Positions 11,562-23,567 of a stretch of 64,000 nucleotides of DNA are shown one piece after another. The translations under genes were made by a program, and so were the position numbers. Numbering within the stretch: the first letter of the stretch is position 1; each line of letters starts with the position of its first letter. Origin of the DNA: Lama guanicoe (Eukaryota); contig MU054001.1 of assembly GCA_013239625.1 (NCBI GenBank), positions 186,001 to 250,000 of the forward strand. Reading direction: 5' to 3'. Below the pieces are notes generated by a model. That model searched no databases. It was given only the letters and a program-made list of their open reading frames with translations, and had not been told where the DNA came from.

Positions 11562-12629
11562 TTTCAGGCGAGAGGGAAAAATAAAATAAAGAGGCAAGAC
11601 TTAAAATGTCCTGTGAAATGGAGAGCTTGCCCCTCACCTCCCCCAGCACAGACATCCGCCGGAGAGAACTCCTTTATAAAGTGGTGAGTTTGTGTGAGCA
11701 CAGCTGCATTTTGTTTTCCTAGGAGGAATCGATGATTAAATTATCAGAAACCAAGCTCAAAACCAGGCTGCTTGCATATCCCCCCTTCCACCTCCCCAGT
11801 GTCTCCCGCTTATGAGGTGCCAGCTTTATCTCGGAAGCTTTAGTTTAAATGTCCAACACATCTTATTAATGAAAGTAATAAGCTGTTGTTTATATATGTC
11901 ATAATGGGGAATATGACTATTTAATATAAATCTGACATTTAAATTCCACTTAGTTCTGAGATGTGGACGATATCAAGGCGTAACTCTTTACCCTGGAGTA
12001 AAAACTCCCTGGGTTTGCATTTTCAAGCATTGAAGTTTTCAAAGTAATCAGGTTTCTTTTTTTCTCTCTTTTTTTTCCAGAGGAACCAAATTGTGAAGAC
12101 ATCTGTTCTGTTATTAATTTCACATAAATCTTAAGCTCCTCAAGGCCAGAAATGAGGCTTCATTCACGTCGAATTAATGAAACATGATTGTAAGTCCCTT
12201 GCATGGAAATGCTGTCACACAATTCTGAGCTGCTTAAAGCACTGAGTAATCTCAGAAACTGCCAGGGGACAGCCACGTGAAATCCGCCCTCCCCTTCTCC
12301 CCAACCCCCGCCACCCGAAAACAATATCTGAAAATATCACAACACTAACTATCTCCTGAAAGATTAATAGCAGATGAAAATTTCTGGGAAATGAATCAGA
12401 CCTTCTCGGTAAAGGAGACAAGTACCCCGGTCAAAAGCAGATTGCATAATGTAACAGCCCTTCAGATACAGTTTAATAACTGTACCCTGGGAGGCTCCCT
12501 GTACCCCCCGAAAGGAGGGAGGGGGTCCAGGAATGCCCTCCAGAGATGTCTTTGGGGAGGATGCTGGAGACACGGTTCAAACCAATGTGGCATAGATTTG
12601 AAATGGGAAACCTGGATTGGGAAAAGCAT

Positions 12630-12655
12630 GATACATGTGTTGGATGTGAGAATAT

Positions 12656-12690
<35 letters not shown>

Positions 12691-12990
12691 TTTGTATGCA
12701 TGTGTGTGAAAATGTATGTCCTGTTTGTTTTTGTGAGTGTGCCTGAGAGTATGGATGTGGGTGTCTGGGTGTATGAATACGGGTGAGTTGGTGTGTGAGA
12801 GTGTGTATGATCGTGTGTGTGCGTGTGTGCCTGCATTGGTGAGTGTGGGTGTACGTGAGGGCATGTGTATACACAATGTGTCTAGGAGTTGGTGTGTGTG
12901 TCGTATGTGTGAGTGTAGGGGACACATGTGAAGGTCTGGAGAGAGTGCGTGTGTGTGGGTGTGAGTTTGTACGCATGCATGAGTGTGTAC
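12630..12990. repeat. (TG)n(AG)n followed by degenerate TG-rich tract
   Basis: Read directly. Confidence 0.9.
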
Positions 12991-14534
12991 ACAGGCAACC
13001 TCTCAAGAGAGACATGAATCAATCAGTGGGAGACGCATCTTAAAGGGCTCAACACAATCTTGTGCCTGTCTGAGCTGTTCTTGAAAGAAACTTGCTTCTT
13101 GGGTTTTGAGTGTGTGGGGGTTGGGGGGCATGATTTTTGGTCAAATAACTGGGATTGCCAGCAGAAAGATTGTCTGGAGGGAGCCTGAGATTTCTTAATC
13201 AAACTTCCAAGTGTTATTTTTGGTCTTCTGCTGAGCTGGGACCCCAAAAAAGAATCTGCATATGATATTTACATCTCAAATCTTCAGAGCCTCATTAGCT
13301 TTGATATTTATTTATTTATTTATTTGCAAAAAGGAATTCAAATCAAACAGAGAGGCGCACACGCAAAACCTTTGAATGCAGGGCAAAATTAATTAAAACA
13401 GGCAGCCGATGGGCGGAGTGGACTACAATAGAATTCAGAGAAAAGACAAGGAAACGCATCAGACTCTGATGGGAAAATCCTTCCTTGTTTTAGTGATCGT
13501 CTATCGGTAATGAATAGACCACAAATATTGATATTGGAAGAAAATGCCCAATCTGAAACCCTGTTTTTCTAGAGGTTGCTTTCTTCATTTCCCGAAGGCT
13601 CTGATCTTCCAAACTAAGCCAATCAAATGACTGGAGGTTGTGTTCATTATGTTTTGGAGAAAACAGTTTCGTCTATACCAGCAACCGTCCCTCATATGGC
13701 ATGGAGGTGGGCTGAATGTAACTGACAGCAGATAAAGACGCATCCAAATGGGAGTGGCGCTGAACACCAACAGGGAGCATTAACCCAAGTGGTGGAATCC
13801 ATTTGCGTGTATGAACAGATACGGTCCCAGCTACATTTTTGCTCCCGGATATTTTGAGGCTTTGCTTTACCATCAATGTTTTGTAGATCTGTGAAAAACA
13901 TTTCCCTCCATCCAGTTGAAAAACCCTTGACCAGCCACAAGAAAGACTTCTAGCTTTGTCTAGCAGAAGACATCACCAAGGGGTCCGGCTTTCTCGTCGG
14001 AGTTCTTTTGAATGAAATGATCAGTTAGTATTTATGCATTTTGTCCTTCTGTATAATGCAACAGCACAAATGTACAACTGTCACAGTGGGACACTTCCAT
14101 GCATAGGCAGCCTGTCACCAAGTTTCAAAGTTGGCCACATGTGTCTTCAGCAAGTCCTCGGTGCCCTTTCAGCTTCGTTTAGAATCTCCTATCTACCACC
14201 CGCTCCCCTCTTCCCCCCGAGCTTAAGTCTCTCAGGATGACCTTGGGTCATTTCTAGTTTAAAGAGAGTGGGCTTTGAGAAGTACCAGGAGAAGCCTTAG
14301 TTCAATTTTAAAAGATGGCGAAAATGCTAATGCGGAAATTTCAGGCTTTGTAGCAGTTGGATGAAAGATATTTTTGCGCAACAACAGAAAAATCTTTGCA
14401 ACGATTCTGCAAAACAGTTCTCCTCTGATGCATAGAGGTGGCCTTGTTTAGATAAGTCAGTAAATTAAACTAGATTTCAGCTTTCCTCTGTGTAAAGCAG
14501 AAGGAATTGAATTGGAACTAGAATGATCTTTAAT

Positions 14535-14642
14535 GTGTATGCATATATATACACACATATATATGTATGTGTGTGTATATATACATATGCATATAAATAC
14601 ATATGCATATGAATTACATATACATATAAATATATATACACA
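14535..14642. repeat. TA/CA/TG alternating low-complexity tract
   Basis: Read directly. Confidence 0.9.
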
Positions 14643-15330
14643 AAGAGAGAGAATAATTTTGCTATGTACAAAGAAAATCAAGACTCTCTCTTGTAAGTAG
14701 TATATGGATTCATTCATTCATTTATTCATTGTATGTGTCTGTCACCTGTGGGCCAGGTCCTGTATCACACAGTTCTCCAACATCATTTCATTTAATTCTT
14801 ACAACAACTTTTTGAGCTGGATTTCCTAACAGGAGTGATAGCCAATCTATTGAACTATCAATACAACACGATACCTGCCAATCAGAAAGGACATGGAGCG
14901 AAGCCCTCACTCTCCACAGCGTGAGGAGAGGTGGAGGTCTGGGGGAGGCAGGGGAGGGGCCAGGGTGGCTGGCCAGATGGAAGGGGACCTGGAAGGCTAC
15001 TTAACACCTGGCCTGGGAAGGGCTTTAATTTTTAAACAACCAGGACAGGCTGGACCCCTGGATATGGTTGAACATCAGTCCTGATTTTCAGTCTTCAAAT
15101 TCTGCAGAGGACAAAGATGAGGCTCTGGGAGGCCAAGTAAACTTCTCAAGGACCAGCTACTAGGCAGTGACAGGCCTGAGGTGGAAGCCACTTTAAATCA
15201 TTAGGACTCCAAAGTTCACGTTCTTGCCCATTGTGCTGACTGTAGAGACATCTGGCAGCTGACCTCAGGATGCCCCAGGCTGGGCCCGGTGTTTCTTTCC
15301 CAAGATCCTGAGGCCCCATCTGAGTAAGGA

Positions 15331-15517
15331 TAGAACTGCCAGATTTAGCAAATAAAAATACAGGACACTCAGTTAAATCTGAATTTCAGATAAACAACCA
15401 TAATGATTCTGCATATTTTAGCGTATCATACGGTACGTACTTATCCTCAGAAATTATTCATTATTTATCTGAAATTCAAATTTAACTGGACATCTTGTAT
15501 TTTATCTGGCAAACCTA
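15331..15517. mobile_element. MER53 palindromic hAT non-autonomous element, full length
   Basis: Ends tagaactgccagat...atctggcaaaccta; internal inverted repeat 15371-15394/15464-15487 (23/24); degenerate 8-bp TSD agtaagga/agtgaggg. Confidence 0.85.
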
Positions 15518-16439
15518 AGTGAGGGGTGCGGGAACAGTCCCAGGGAAGCCAAGACATTTCAATGCAGAAATATCTTCTTTTCTAGGAACTCCCTTCTCCA
15601 AACCCCATCGGGCTCAACGCAGTAGGAATACTTCTAACCTCACCCCATGTACCTTCTTGATTCTGAAGTCAGAAGGCCAGGGCAGAGGTCATCCCAGCCA
15701 ACATGCTGCCTCTTCTGGTCCTTCCTCCACACAAGAAGGCAGAGCCGACGGGAGGGTGGCTTGGCTTTGAAGCCGGAGAGCATGGTCCGTGAGGCGTGTG
15801 CTCCTCTATGAGGCACATGGAAACTATCCCCTCCCAGAAGGTCTCCATGGTTAGCCTGCTGCAAGTCTCATGGTTTTCAGCTGCAGTTATGACTTCTGCA
15901 GCACCCCGCCCCAGCTCAGATGGTATTTATTAGAACACATTGCTTTTGAAAAGAAAACTGCATCTTAATTAAAGGTTGGCAATCCAAAGCCTGTTTGCAG
16001 ATGAGAAAAATTAAACAACTACTATGAATGAGACAGTGCATCTCCTCTGTGGGTTAGGAGCCCCCGTCCGCACGTCGGGGCTGTCCCGTCTCAGACCACC
16101 TCCTCCTCTTCGTCGAGCGCTGTGCGTACAACAAAGGGAAATCAGCCATAGGGCTAAAGGGAGCAGCTCTCAGAGCAAAAAGGGGCTTGTCTTCGATTTC
16201 AAGCATCCCCTTTCCCGGGCTGCAGCACAAATGCCATGCTCGGGGTAGGGGTTGGGATGGGGTTAGTGAAGGTTGTCTGCTGTCCAGTATACGCCAATGG
16301 ATCAGAAATGGACTCGCTGGCATGGAGAGCGGGCCAGGTTCTGGGGCTCAGTGGAAGCTGGGAGGCTCTGGCCTTTGCCTCACTTCTGAGCCAAGAATGA
16401 CGTAAGCTGGTAGAGAATAAAAACGCCCCTTCTCTGGGG

Positions 16440-17349
16440 TGGAGCTCCTTAACTTGGGTTCCATGGGGCAGAAGCCCCTTAAAAAACCCCTGGGGGAGAA
16501 TTCAGGGTGTCTGTGAGCTTAGACAGGAAAAGTTTATACACACACACACACACAGATACACACACTTCTTTTTCTAATTCCTAACTGAAAGTTAGCATTT
16601 CCTTCAATTCTGAATGTAGGTAACAGACCATAACCGTATTGGCACTGCATGTGGCTTTTGTCATCCACAGACATCACAGCTATTTAATATCACAGGATAG
16701 TTGCTCTAGGATATCTTCAAATAGATTCATCACTATCTTGAAACGATAACTATTAGATCCACCTCTGTACCTTGCTATTTAAAGGTTAAGCGAAGCTCAT
16801 GAATTCCTGTAGCTTTCAAAATTATTTGAGTAACTATCATTTAATAGGGTTTGTTTTCTTTGTAATCCTATTTTTCTGTTTTGTGCCTGTGAAAACATTA
16901 TCTGTAATGAAGCTTGAAGACTTTCTGCCAAGTGAAATGAGCCAGCCACAAACGGACAAATACTGCATGATTCCACTTATCTGAGGAATCGAGAGGAGTC
17001 AAACTCATAGAGACAGAAGGTAGAATGGTGGTTATCAGGGGCTGGAGAGAGGAGGGGTGGGGAGTGAGTGTTTGATGGGTACAGAGTTTCAGTTTGAGGA
17101 GATAAAAAAAAGGTCTGGAGGTGGCTGGTGATGGCTGCACAACAAAGTTTTAATGCCACTGAATGGTACACGTCAAAATGGTTCGGATGGCAAATTTTAT
17201 GTTATCTATATTTTATCACAATTTTTAAAAAAACCATGGGAAAAATACAGATATTTCTAAATCACATTAAAAAAATACATTGTTCTTGTAAAGGGGTTCA
17301 TGGACCTCACTGGAGGGGTCCATGGCCCAAACCAAGCTGAGACCCCCTG
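16440..17349. mobile_element. hAT-Charlie element (Charlie4a-like, tentative) split by L1
   Basis: Left ctccttaacttgggttccatgg; body ctaactgaaagttagcatttccttcaattctgaatgtagg; right aggggtccatggcccaaaccaagctgagaccccctg. Confidence 0.65.
16906..17233 (+). mobile_element. L1MB-type 3' end, 5'-truncated
   Basis: aagtgaaatgagccagccacaaacggacaaatactgcatgattccacttat...gggtacagagtttcagttt...tattttatcacaatttttaaaaaaa. Confidence 0.9.
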
Positions 17350-17699
17350 ATTCTGGGGGAAGTGACCTTTCTTATACCTATATGTCTTCCCACGCCTGGT
17401 CTACCGGGAGGAACCTTCTTCCTCCTTCAGGGCCCAGCTCAAACGCCACTGGCCTTGTGGCTCCTGTCCCCAGGGCTCACTCCATATGCCTCTAAGCATC
17501 CGTCTAGCATCCCACTTGGACTCTGCTGCCTACCAAGAGCCTGATGCTTCGCTCTCTGCTTAAGTTAAAGGTTATTTGGCAAGTGTCCAAGAAGTGTTCA
17601 AGACATATTAGCACCAGACTGAGACTTCCTCTTTGGTGCAATAAGAAAACTTCCTTTCTGAGTCAATATTACCTAAGTCTTTTTCCACGCACCATCCGC

Positions 17700-17840
17700 A
17701 GACATCTCAGGGTAACTTTCTACATTTTGTGAGACATGACATAATCTTAGTGACTCTACAGATCCTAGGAGGTAGGTATTAACAGGAACAGTATTTTACA
17801 GTGAGGAACTAAGACCCAGAAAGGTGAACTTGTCTGACCA
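17700..17840 (-). mobile_element. MIR fragment
   Basis: aggtaggtatt...attttacagtgaggaactaagacccagaaaggtgaacttgtc. Confidence 0.7.
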
Positions 17841-18321
17841 CAGAGGATTTTTTGCACCAAACATCTTTCCGCAGTGATGTTCCATAGGAGACTGGGTCCA
17901 GGGCTGCATTAGATGAGGATTGCTTCTCGTGGGAGCATCTGGCTTTGAACCCGACACAGATAAGTGATGGACTAGACAAGCAAGGATTGTCAGGTCCTTA
18001 GAGTGGGAAGGGATGTCCAGCCTGTCCTACTTGTTTCAGAGGAGGTAAATGAGGCATGGGGAGGATACACGGGAAAACTGGGCCATGCTGCCCCAGCCCC
18101 AGTGCCCTGGCACCAGCTCTAGTGCTGGTCCAGGCTTCCAGCCTTGCCTGTATTATGCAAACTATGGTTTCTTCTTCAGTCTATGTCCTGGTGATGCAAG
18201 GAATGAGCAAGGGGGTCTGGATGTGGAACATGTCCTGCATCTCAGAATCCATGTCACCTCTTGTGCTGACACCAAAACCATGGTCATAATCACCATGCTA
18301 ACCCTCTGCTATGGGTTTTCT

Positions 18322-18760
18322 CAATGACTCCAAACTTCCATCGTTTGTGACTCCCTTTATAACTCTGGCCATATTTGACTGTCATTGAAACTTACCCACT
18401 TAGTGCTCCCCTCCCCCCCTTTAAATGGCCCTACTTTTATTAAAACTTAAATCCATTATTTGTAGTGAATTTTATATCATTACTGTAAATAGAAAACCAA
18501 TAATCATACAAATTACTTCAATCAAAAAGCATTTCTTCTACCTCGGTATTGCTGCCTAGAATAGACTTAGCACCTTAAGTCATCTCTCTGTTAGAACGCG
18601 AAGAAAACACGTGTTGGGTGCTAAAAACACGCTAGCATCAAATGGAGACTTCCTTGATGTAATTAAGGAGGGTCTAAAGGGAGTTTAAAAGGAAGCAATG
18701 TATTAACTGTGCAAATCAATGCTATTTAATATCTTGTCTGAGCATCGTCTAAAGTCATTT
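18322..18760. mobile_element. hAT-Charlie MER (MER113-like, tentative)
   Basis: Colinear similarity with 23075-23567 (e.g. aatggagact in both); start caatgactccaaacttccatc. Confidence 0.45.
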
Positions 18761-18834
18761 TGGGTATGATCTGTGGTCCCTGTATGTCTCCAAACACTTC
18801 ATTATTTCAGTTCCTTCTCGAAAGCAGACAGGGG

Positions 18835-19390
18835 TGTGCCTCGTGCTTTCTTCAACAGAGACCCCGGGAAAGGGGGGACGGGGAGAAACGGAAGGAGAGG
18901 GCAAAGGACAGGACCCGTCCAAGGCGGGTGCCTCTCCCTCACCGGTGGGCTGAGGAGTCCTGGGGCTTCGCACGCGCCTAGGAGGAGGTGGAGAGGCCGG
19001 CCAAAACCCGCTGAGTGAAAGAAGGCAAAGGAAACCATCCCCGGGGTGCGTGGTGCGGGGTGCGCGCCTCCATGTCGGTCAGTTTCCTCCGCGCCCGCCT
19101 CTTATCTCCCGCGGGCGGAAAGACGCGGCTGATGGGAAGGGCCGATTACACCCCAGACCCGGCCTGTTTCTCATCGCTGGCAAACCACTTCCTCGGGCTC
19201 CCTTGAGCTCGGCACATCTGGCGACCTGGTGGGCTTTCTCTCAGGACCCGGGAAAACACAAACACAGCCGCGCGGGTGTGCACGCTGTCTAAATACAGCC
19301 GAGGTGCGCAAAGATGGGGTGGAGGGGGAGCCTGGGATCCGACGTTCTAAGTGGCTCCGTGCGCCCGAGTAAGCGTGCCTCCTCCCCGGG
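18835..19390. promoter_or_regulatory. CpG island with no associated coding exon visible
   Basis: Hand count about 46 CpG in ~550 bp of GC-rich sequence against a CpG-depleted background; GC boxes cccgcc and gggcgg at ~19094-19118. Confidence 0.8.
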
Positions 19391-19719
19391 GCCTCAGTTT
19401 CCTGACCTGTAAACTTGTGCAGGGGAGACAAGGCTAGCTGAGGTCTAAGAACTCTTCTTGTCCTTAAAATTAAAACAAAAAAGTGATACGGACACCGCGC
19501 TCAGATAAACATACGCGAGGAGTGGACTAAGAAATACCGGTGACTTTTATTGCCCACTGAAGCCCCATCTCTGCAGGGCCAAATTCCTAGAGAGTAAGAA
19601 AAATCCAACCCAGTGACAGAATCTCAGTTATCAGCCAGAGGGAGAGAGTCATGCGGACTTAAGGGCCGTATTTTTTTTTTTTGATCCAAATTAATGAGCT
19701 TAATCTGAACCTAGACCTC

Positions 19720-19860
19720 AGAGTTCAGATCCGAGAGGCCTTCTTCCTTTTGTACTGTGTGGTATTTTTTAAAACCGAGTAAACATTTTAACAAGGAGAT
19801 TTTCCATGAAAATGCCAGTATCTGACATCTCTAGAAAAATCAGCGGATCTGGCGACAAGC
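19720..19860 (-). mobile_element. MER102-like hAT-Charlie fragment
   Basis: aggagattttccatgaaaatgccagtatctgacatctctagaaaaatcagcggatctggc is the reverse-complement counterpart of the 50.5 kb copy. Confidence 0.5.
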
Positions 19861-20759
19861 AGCAGGAGTCGAGCCTGCTTGCCGCGGCTGTGGTCTGCTC
19901 ATCCTGGTCCCACTAGGTGAAGTTGTTCTCTTATGTTACCTGCTCAGCCTAGATGTTTGAGTTTGAGACTTTACTAGGAGAGTTTCTGGATGTTCAAGGC
20001 AGAAAGGAGATGCCCCCGTTGGAAGTGTTAGAATAACACTTCCCTGCTGACTTGATAAGGGCACAGCCCTGAGTGTGCTCCGCCTTAACCGGGTAGGCCT
20101 ACCCCCCTCGCCCAGCCCCTCCCCCTGGTTGGCTGTGAACAAGGCCCCGGGACTCCAGGCTGTCTGAGTCCTTTGGAAGACTGGCTGCCCCGCCCCTCAG
20201 AAGCAAGTATAGGCCTCCCGGGGCTGGGGCCCAGATGCTTCCCAGAAACGTCCCAGCCTCCCATTTGATCTGGGTTTCCTGCTCAACCTCGTAGCACCTA
20301 CTTGCCAACTCGTGGCTTTCATGCCTTCTGCCCTGGGCCTTTTTCCAACGTGTGAAATTGCTTGCTCTTTTTTTCTGCGAGTGGGTCTTCATGCTTGGTG
20401 AAAGGATTTTGAGAATTGAGGCTTTGGCAAAAATGACTTTCTGGGTTGAGGGCTTTGAAAAAATGACTCTTTTCAAAGGCTTTCCCTTCCCTGACTTTCA
20501 AGACCCCTCCTACCTCGCCTGTCTTAACTCACCAGCCCTGTCCCTAGCTTCCTGTGCCCCACTGGGGGTCCGTGGGGGCCAGAGGGGGACAGCAAGGGGC
20601 GGTAGGCAGAGGAGACTCCTGGATGAGGGAATACTTGGGCTAAACCATCACGCAAGGGAAAGAGAAGAGCCTGGGGCAGACCACCTAGGTGAGAAAGTGC
20701 CAGCAGATTCTGGGGATCATTTGGTGGCAGGAATGTAAGGCAGCGTGGGTGTCTGTGTT

Positions 20760-21010
20760 AGGGGTTCCGACTCAAGGATGGTGGGGAAGAAAGAACAGGC
20801 AGGGCCCAGGGTGCCAAGGGCCGTGGGTGCTGAGCTACATACTGTCCAGGGGCCAGTGGCACCGTTGGAGGCTTAAAGCCCCAGAGCGATGTGATTAGAT
20901 CTGGGTTTTGGAAACAGCAATGGACTGACTGGAAGAGAGACAAGGAAAGCAGAGAGAAAACAGCAAATGTCCATACGGGAGACAGTGGCTGAACTGAATG
21001 GTGGCCTGAT
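20760..21010 (-). mobile_element. L2 fragment
   Basis: gatgtgattagatctgggttttggaaacagca...gagacagtggctgaactgaatggtggc. Confidence 0.55.
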
Positions 21011-22194
21011 GGCGGGTGGTGGGCAAGGACACTTGCTTGATTGGAGGGACACTTCTCTGGGTCATGCATGGAGGAGGAGAAAAAAGGAAGAGACGGAGGT
21101 GATGCCAACATGCCTGACCTGGGCTCCTGGACATCGTGGCTCCAGTAAGACAAAGGAGGGGGAGCAGCCTGGGGGAAAACCTCATGAGTCTGGTTTTACA
21201 CTTAGATAAATAGTTTCTGTAGAAAACAGAGATGCAGTTTTGGATTTGTTGTACCAATTTGCACTCTCCAGACTTTTTGTGGGTGTGCATGTGTGAGTTT
21301 TGAACTCATGAATGATTCAGGCTGTAATGGCGTACAGAGGACTTTCGTATCAAGGAAAAGTCATTTTCTTTCTGCCCTTGCTGCTGGAGAGCAATACTTC
21401 AGCCTTCCAGGGCTGGTGGAGATGTCATCTCTTCCAGGCAGAACTCCTCCCGTGGCCTGATTTCACAGCAACCATTCCTATGAACCCAGAGTTCACTGCC
21501 CCGTCTCTCTCTCGATGATAAGCATATGGATTTAATCTTTAAATCCACCATCTGGCACAGTGCTTAATATATAGAAATTGTCACTAAAAGTTGAAGAACG
21601 AATAAATGATATTTTTTCATATCCTTCTTACAGCTTTAGATTTAAGGCACATAGAAACCCAGGCGCTTGTCCCAGATCACACAGTGATCTTAGACCAGGT
21701 CCCAGGTACTTTTCTCCAGCTTTGCCTTTCCCAGGGGACTTCACATTCGTGTTTTACAGAACATGCACTGGCCCCAGGTGGTTATTTAGAAGTGAGAGCT
21801 CCCATGGAAACTGGGAGGATTCACAACTAAGTCTGAATATGGGTTTTTTTTTTTTTTGACGAGTCAGAAGACCTGGAGATATTGGACAGGTTGATCTTCC
21901 CAATTTGCCACACTCCCCACTGTTCCCCAAGAGTCCCCAACACTAGGGTGGGAAGAGCTTTGCTATGTAGCATGTGCTTGCACTGTTGTTTTTTCCTGCA
22001 TAGAGGAACATTATTGTTATATTGTCATGGCTTTACCAAATGTGGATGCAAAACAAAGCTGGAGCCGGCCTTGTGTTTGGAGAGGACGACAGATGACATA
22101 TTTTTGGGTGGAAATAATGACTATGCCTATGTGTTATCCTTACTATGCAAATGACCCCCTGCTTCCCTCACTATCACTGTGACTCCTGTGCCCA

Positions 22195-22385
22195 GGGCAC
22201 AGTGGAGAGGAGCATGGCTTTCTGGGTAACCTTGGGCAAGTTCCTTAAACTCTCTCTGCCTTTGTTTCCTCATCTGCAAAATGGGGTGATGATGATAATC
22301 ATACCTCCTGTAGGTGGTTGTGAGGATCGAATGAGGGAAGAAGTGTAAAGACCTCGGAAGATCACCTAATCCCTAGTAAGTGCAC
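22195..22385 (+). mobile_element. MIR
   Basis: accttgggcaagttccttaaactctctctgcctttgtttcctcatctgcaaaatgggg. Confidence 0.9.
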
Positions 22386-22537
22386 AGAGGAAAAGAGATA
22401 TTTTTGTCACTATGGTGAGTGGCAGCATATTGATATTTATTTACCAGTTAATTTACTTGGTCAGCATTTATCAGTAGATGCCTTTGAGAAATGCCAGCCT
22501 ATACATTTTAAAAGTTTCTTGGTCTAGGTCTATAACT

Positions 22538-22650
22538 CAGTGGTTCTCAATCATGATGTGCATGGACTTATCTGGAGAATTCTGGCCAAATGCTGATTGC
22601 GGGGCCCCACCCAGGACCAAAGAGCAGACACTCTGGAGGCAGAATCCATG
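22538..22650. mobile_element. MER5A-like fragment
   Basis: cagtggttctcaa...aaatgctgattgcggggccccacccagga. Confidence 0.65.
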
Positions 22651-22710
22651 CTCCCCACAAGGATGGCGACTAAGTCACGTTATGGTCAGGAGGCAGCACT
22701 GTCCTCCAGT

Positions 22711-22800
22711 CAGGGCCAGATTGTACAAGACCATGACGGTGGGGACATCCTTAAATTTTGCACCCTGCTGCCTCATTTGCTTCACCTGGCCCATGCCCTG
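22711..22800. mobile_element. MER91-like hAT-Tip100 element
   Basis: Ends cagggc...gccctg; internal ccttaaattttgcaccctg...cctcatttgcttcacc. Confidence 0.5.
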
Positions 22801-23074
22801 CCTCAAACCACTAGAACAGAAACTCCAAGGGATTTTTTTTGATCTCTTTTTCCCTCCTGCTTTATTCCTAGCACCTGGAAAAGTGAACACATGGTGTGCC
22901 CTCCATAAATACTGATCGAACGATTGGATGAATGAATGGGGCTATCTTCCTGAAATTCAAGCTACCACCACCTCTTTGTTGGAGACAGTTCCATCTGCCC
23001 TACACAAACCAGGGGAGGGGGCGCGTAGTTCAGATAGTCAGTGCTCTAGAAGGAAACTCGGAGGTCAGCTGGGG

Positions 23075-23567
23075 CACTATTTCTCAAACCACAGGCACTC
23101 GGTCTCACCATCAAGATGTTTGCCTTACCTGTATCCCTCTTGAACTATTATTTCTTTGCATCAATCCATTTATCCGATAAAGAAGACTTAAAAAATATCA
23201 GTTCTGTCAAGGGAAAACTGCTATTACTTGCCATAAATAGCTAACTGTAAAATAAGAACAAAAGAAAAAAATCACATTATTAAATTTAGTCGGAAGCTGT
23301 TGCCCGTGGACAGATGGGAGCCTGAGTTCCCCTCTCTTCTTATTGTGAAGGGAGGTCTAGGAACATAAGAGATGTGTTAAAGCCATATTAGCTTTGGAAT
23401 GGAGACTTTGTCTTAGAGGGAATCAGAAAGCTTGAAAAAGACTTCAATTGTGATACCTTCCTCCCCGTGTGCATCAGTATGATTTAATGCTATATTCATG
23501 CTTATCACGTGGTCCCTTCCATATGGTACCCAAGTGTCACTGTACCCAATCCCACTGGGGAAATCCT
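23075..23567. mobile_element. hAT-Charlie MER (MER113-like, tentative)
   Basis: Start cactatttctcaaacc, end cactggggaaatcctc; similar to 18322-18760. Confidence 0.45.

Noticed and set aside
11361..11687. K/E/R-rich and F/L/S-rich ORFs
   Set aside because: Translations of the polypurine microsatellite
18755..19431. Overlapping short ORFs across the CpG island
   Set aside because: Expected from stop-codon scarcity in GC-rich DNA; none is recognisable
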